From: Bispira polyomma | Lineage: Eukaryota | Reading direction: 5' to 3' | Length of the DNA stretch: 64,000 nt | NCBI GenBank assembly: GCA_965649765.1 | Contig: OZ287756.1 | Span: 42,284,001-42,348,000 of the forward strand | Shown: piece after piece, positions 63,486-64,000 of the stretch | How positions within the stretch are numbered: the stretch's first letter is position 1 | Layout: each line of letters opens with the position of its first letter | Program-made: the position numbers and the translations under genes | Notes under the pieces: generated by a model | Database searches by the model: none | Seen by the model: only the letters and a program-made list of their open reading frames with translations | Told to the model about the DNA's origin: nothing

Positions 63486-64000
63486 ATACTGGTCATAGTT
63501 TACACTTTAAGGTTGACAATTACACATGGTGCTATATGTTATGAGATGTAGTGAACCAAAAAAAGGACAAAAAATCAGTAATTATCTGGGACGTGAATTG
63601 CATCCACACTGTGATGGATGGTTTTTATAACCCCATTCTCTAAATTTCTCTGCATTTGTTCCACAAAAACCAATTTAACAGACTGCATTGTACATGTAAA
63701 GATTTATACTTGTAATAGGTTATTGTCCTTCGTGTATAGAGTACTTTTAGTGTCACTCTATTGAACTTTATACAAACAATTTAATATACACATCTATAGC
63801 AAATGTGTTATATAAATGAAACTGAAGAAGATGTGTCGGGGAAACAGATGACTATATCATTTTTAGAAATATATTATCAATATAAATATACCTTTTTGTT
63901 TTAAAACCTCCAATGTGGATGTCAAATGCTTTGTCACCAATTTATGTTGTATTTGAATTTGAATTTCAAGGTGTTGCTTCATTACCTTGCAACTTAATAA

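Overview
AT-rich, repeat-rich eukaryotic (animal) genomic DNA. The SINE and LINE types suggest a mollusc or other lophotrochozoan, but I cannot name the species. Left end (1 to ~4160, minus strand): the 5' two-thirds of a decayed DIRS/Ngaro-type tyrosine-recombinase retrotransposon (zinc-finger gag, RT, RNase H; the recombinase would lie left of the window). The rest is mostly intronic sequence containing L2/CR1-group LINE fragments, at least two tRNA-derived SINE families, MITEs and several minisatellites. On the + strand, several separate ATG-initiated coding segments (13377-18122 multi-exon, 29493-29708, 46594-46644, 56579-56584, 59958-62204, weakly 40218-40220) each end at a phase-0 splice donor. 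They look like an array of alternative first exons, giving N-termini from 2 to 749 aa, for one gene whose shared body lies beyond the right edge. The gene is not identified. There is no prokaryotic-type system (CRISPR, operon) here.
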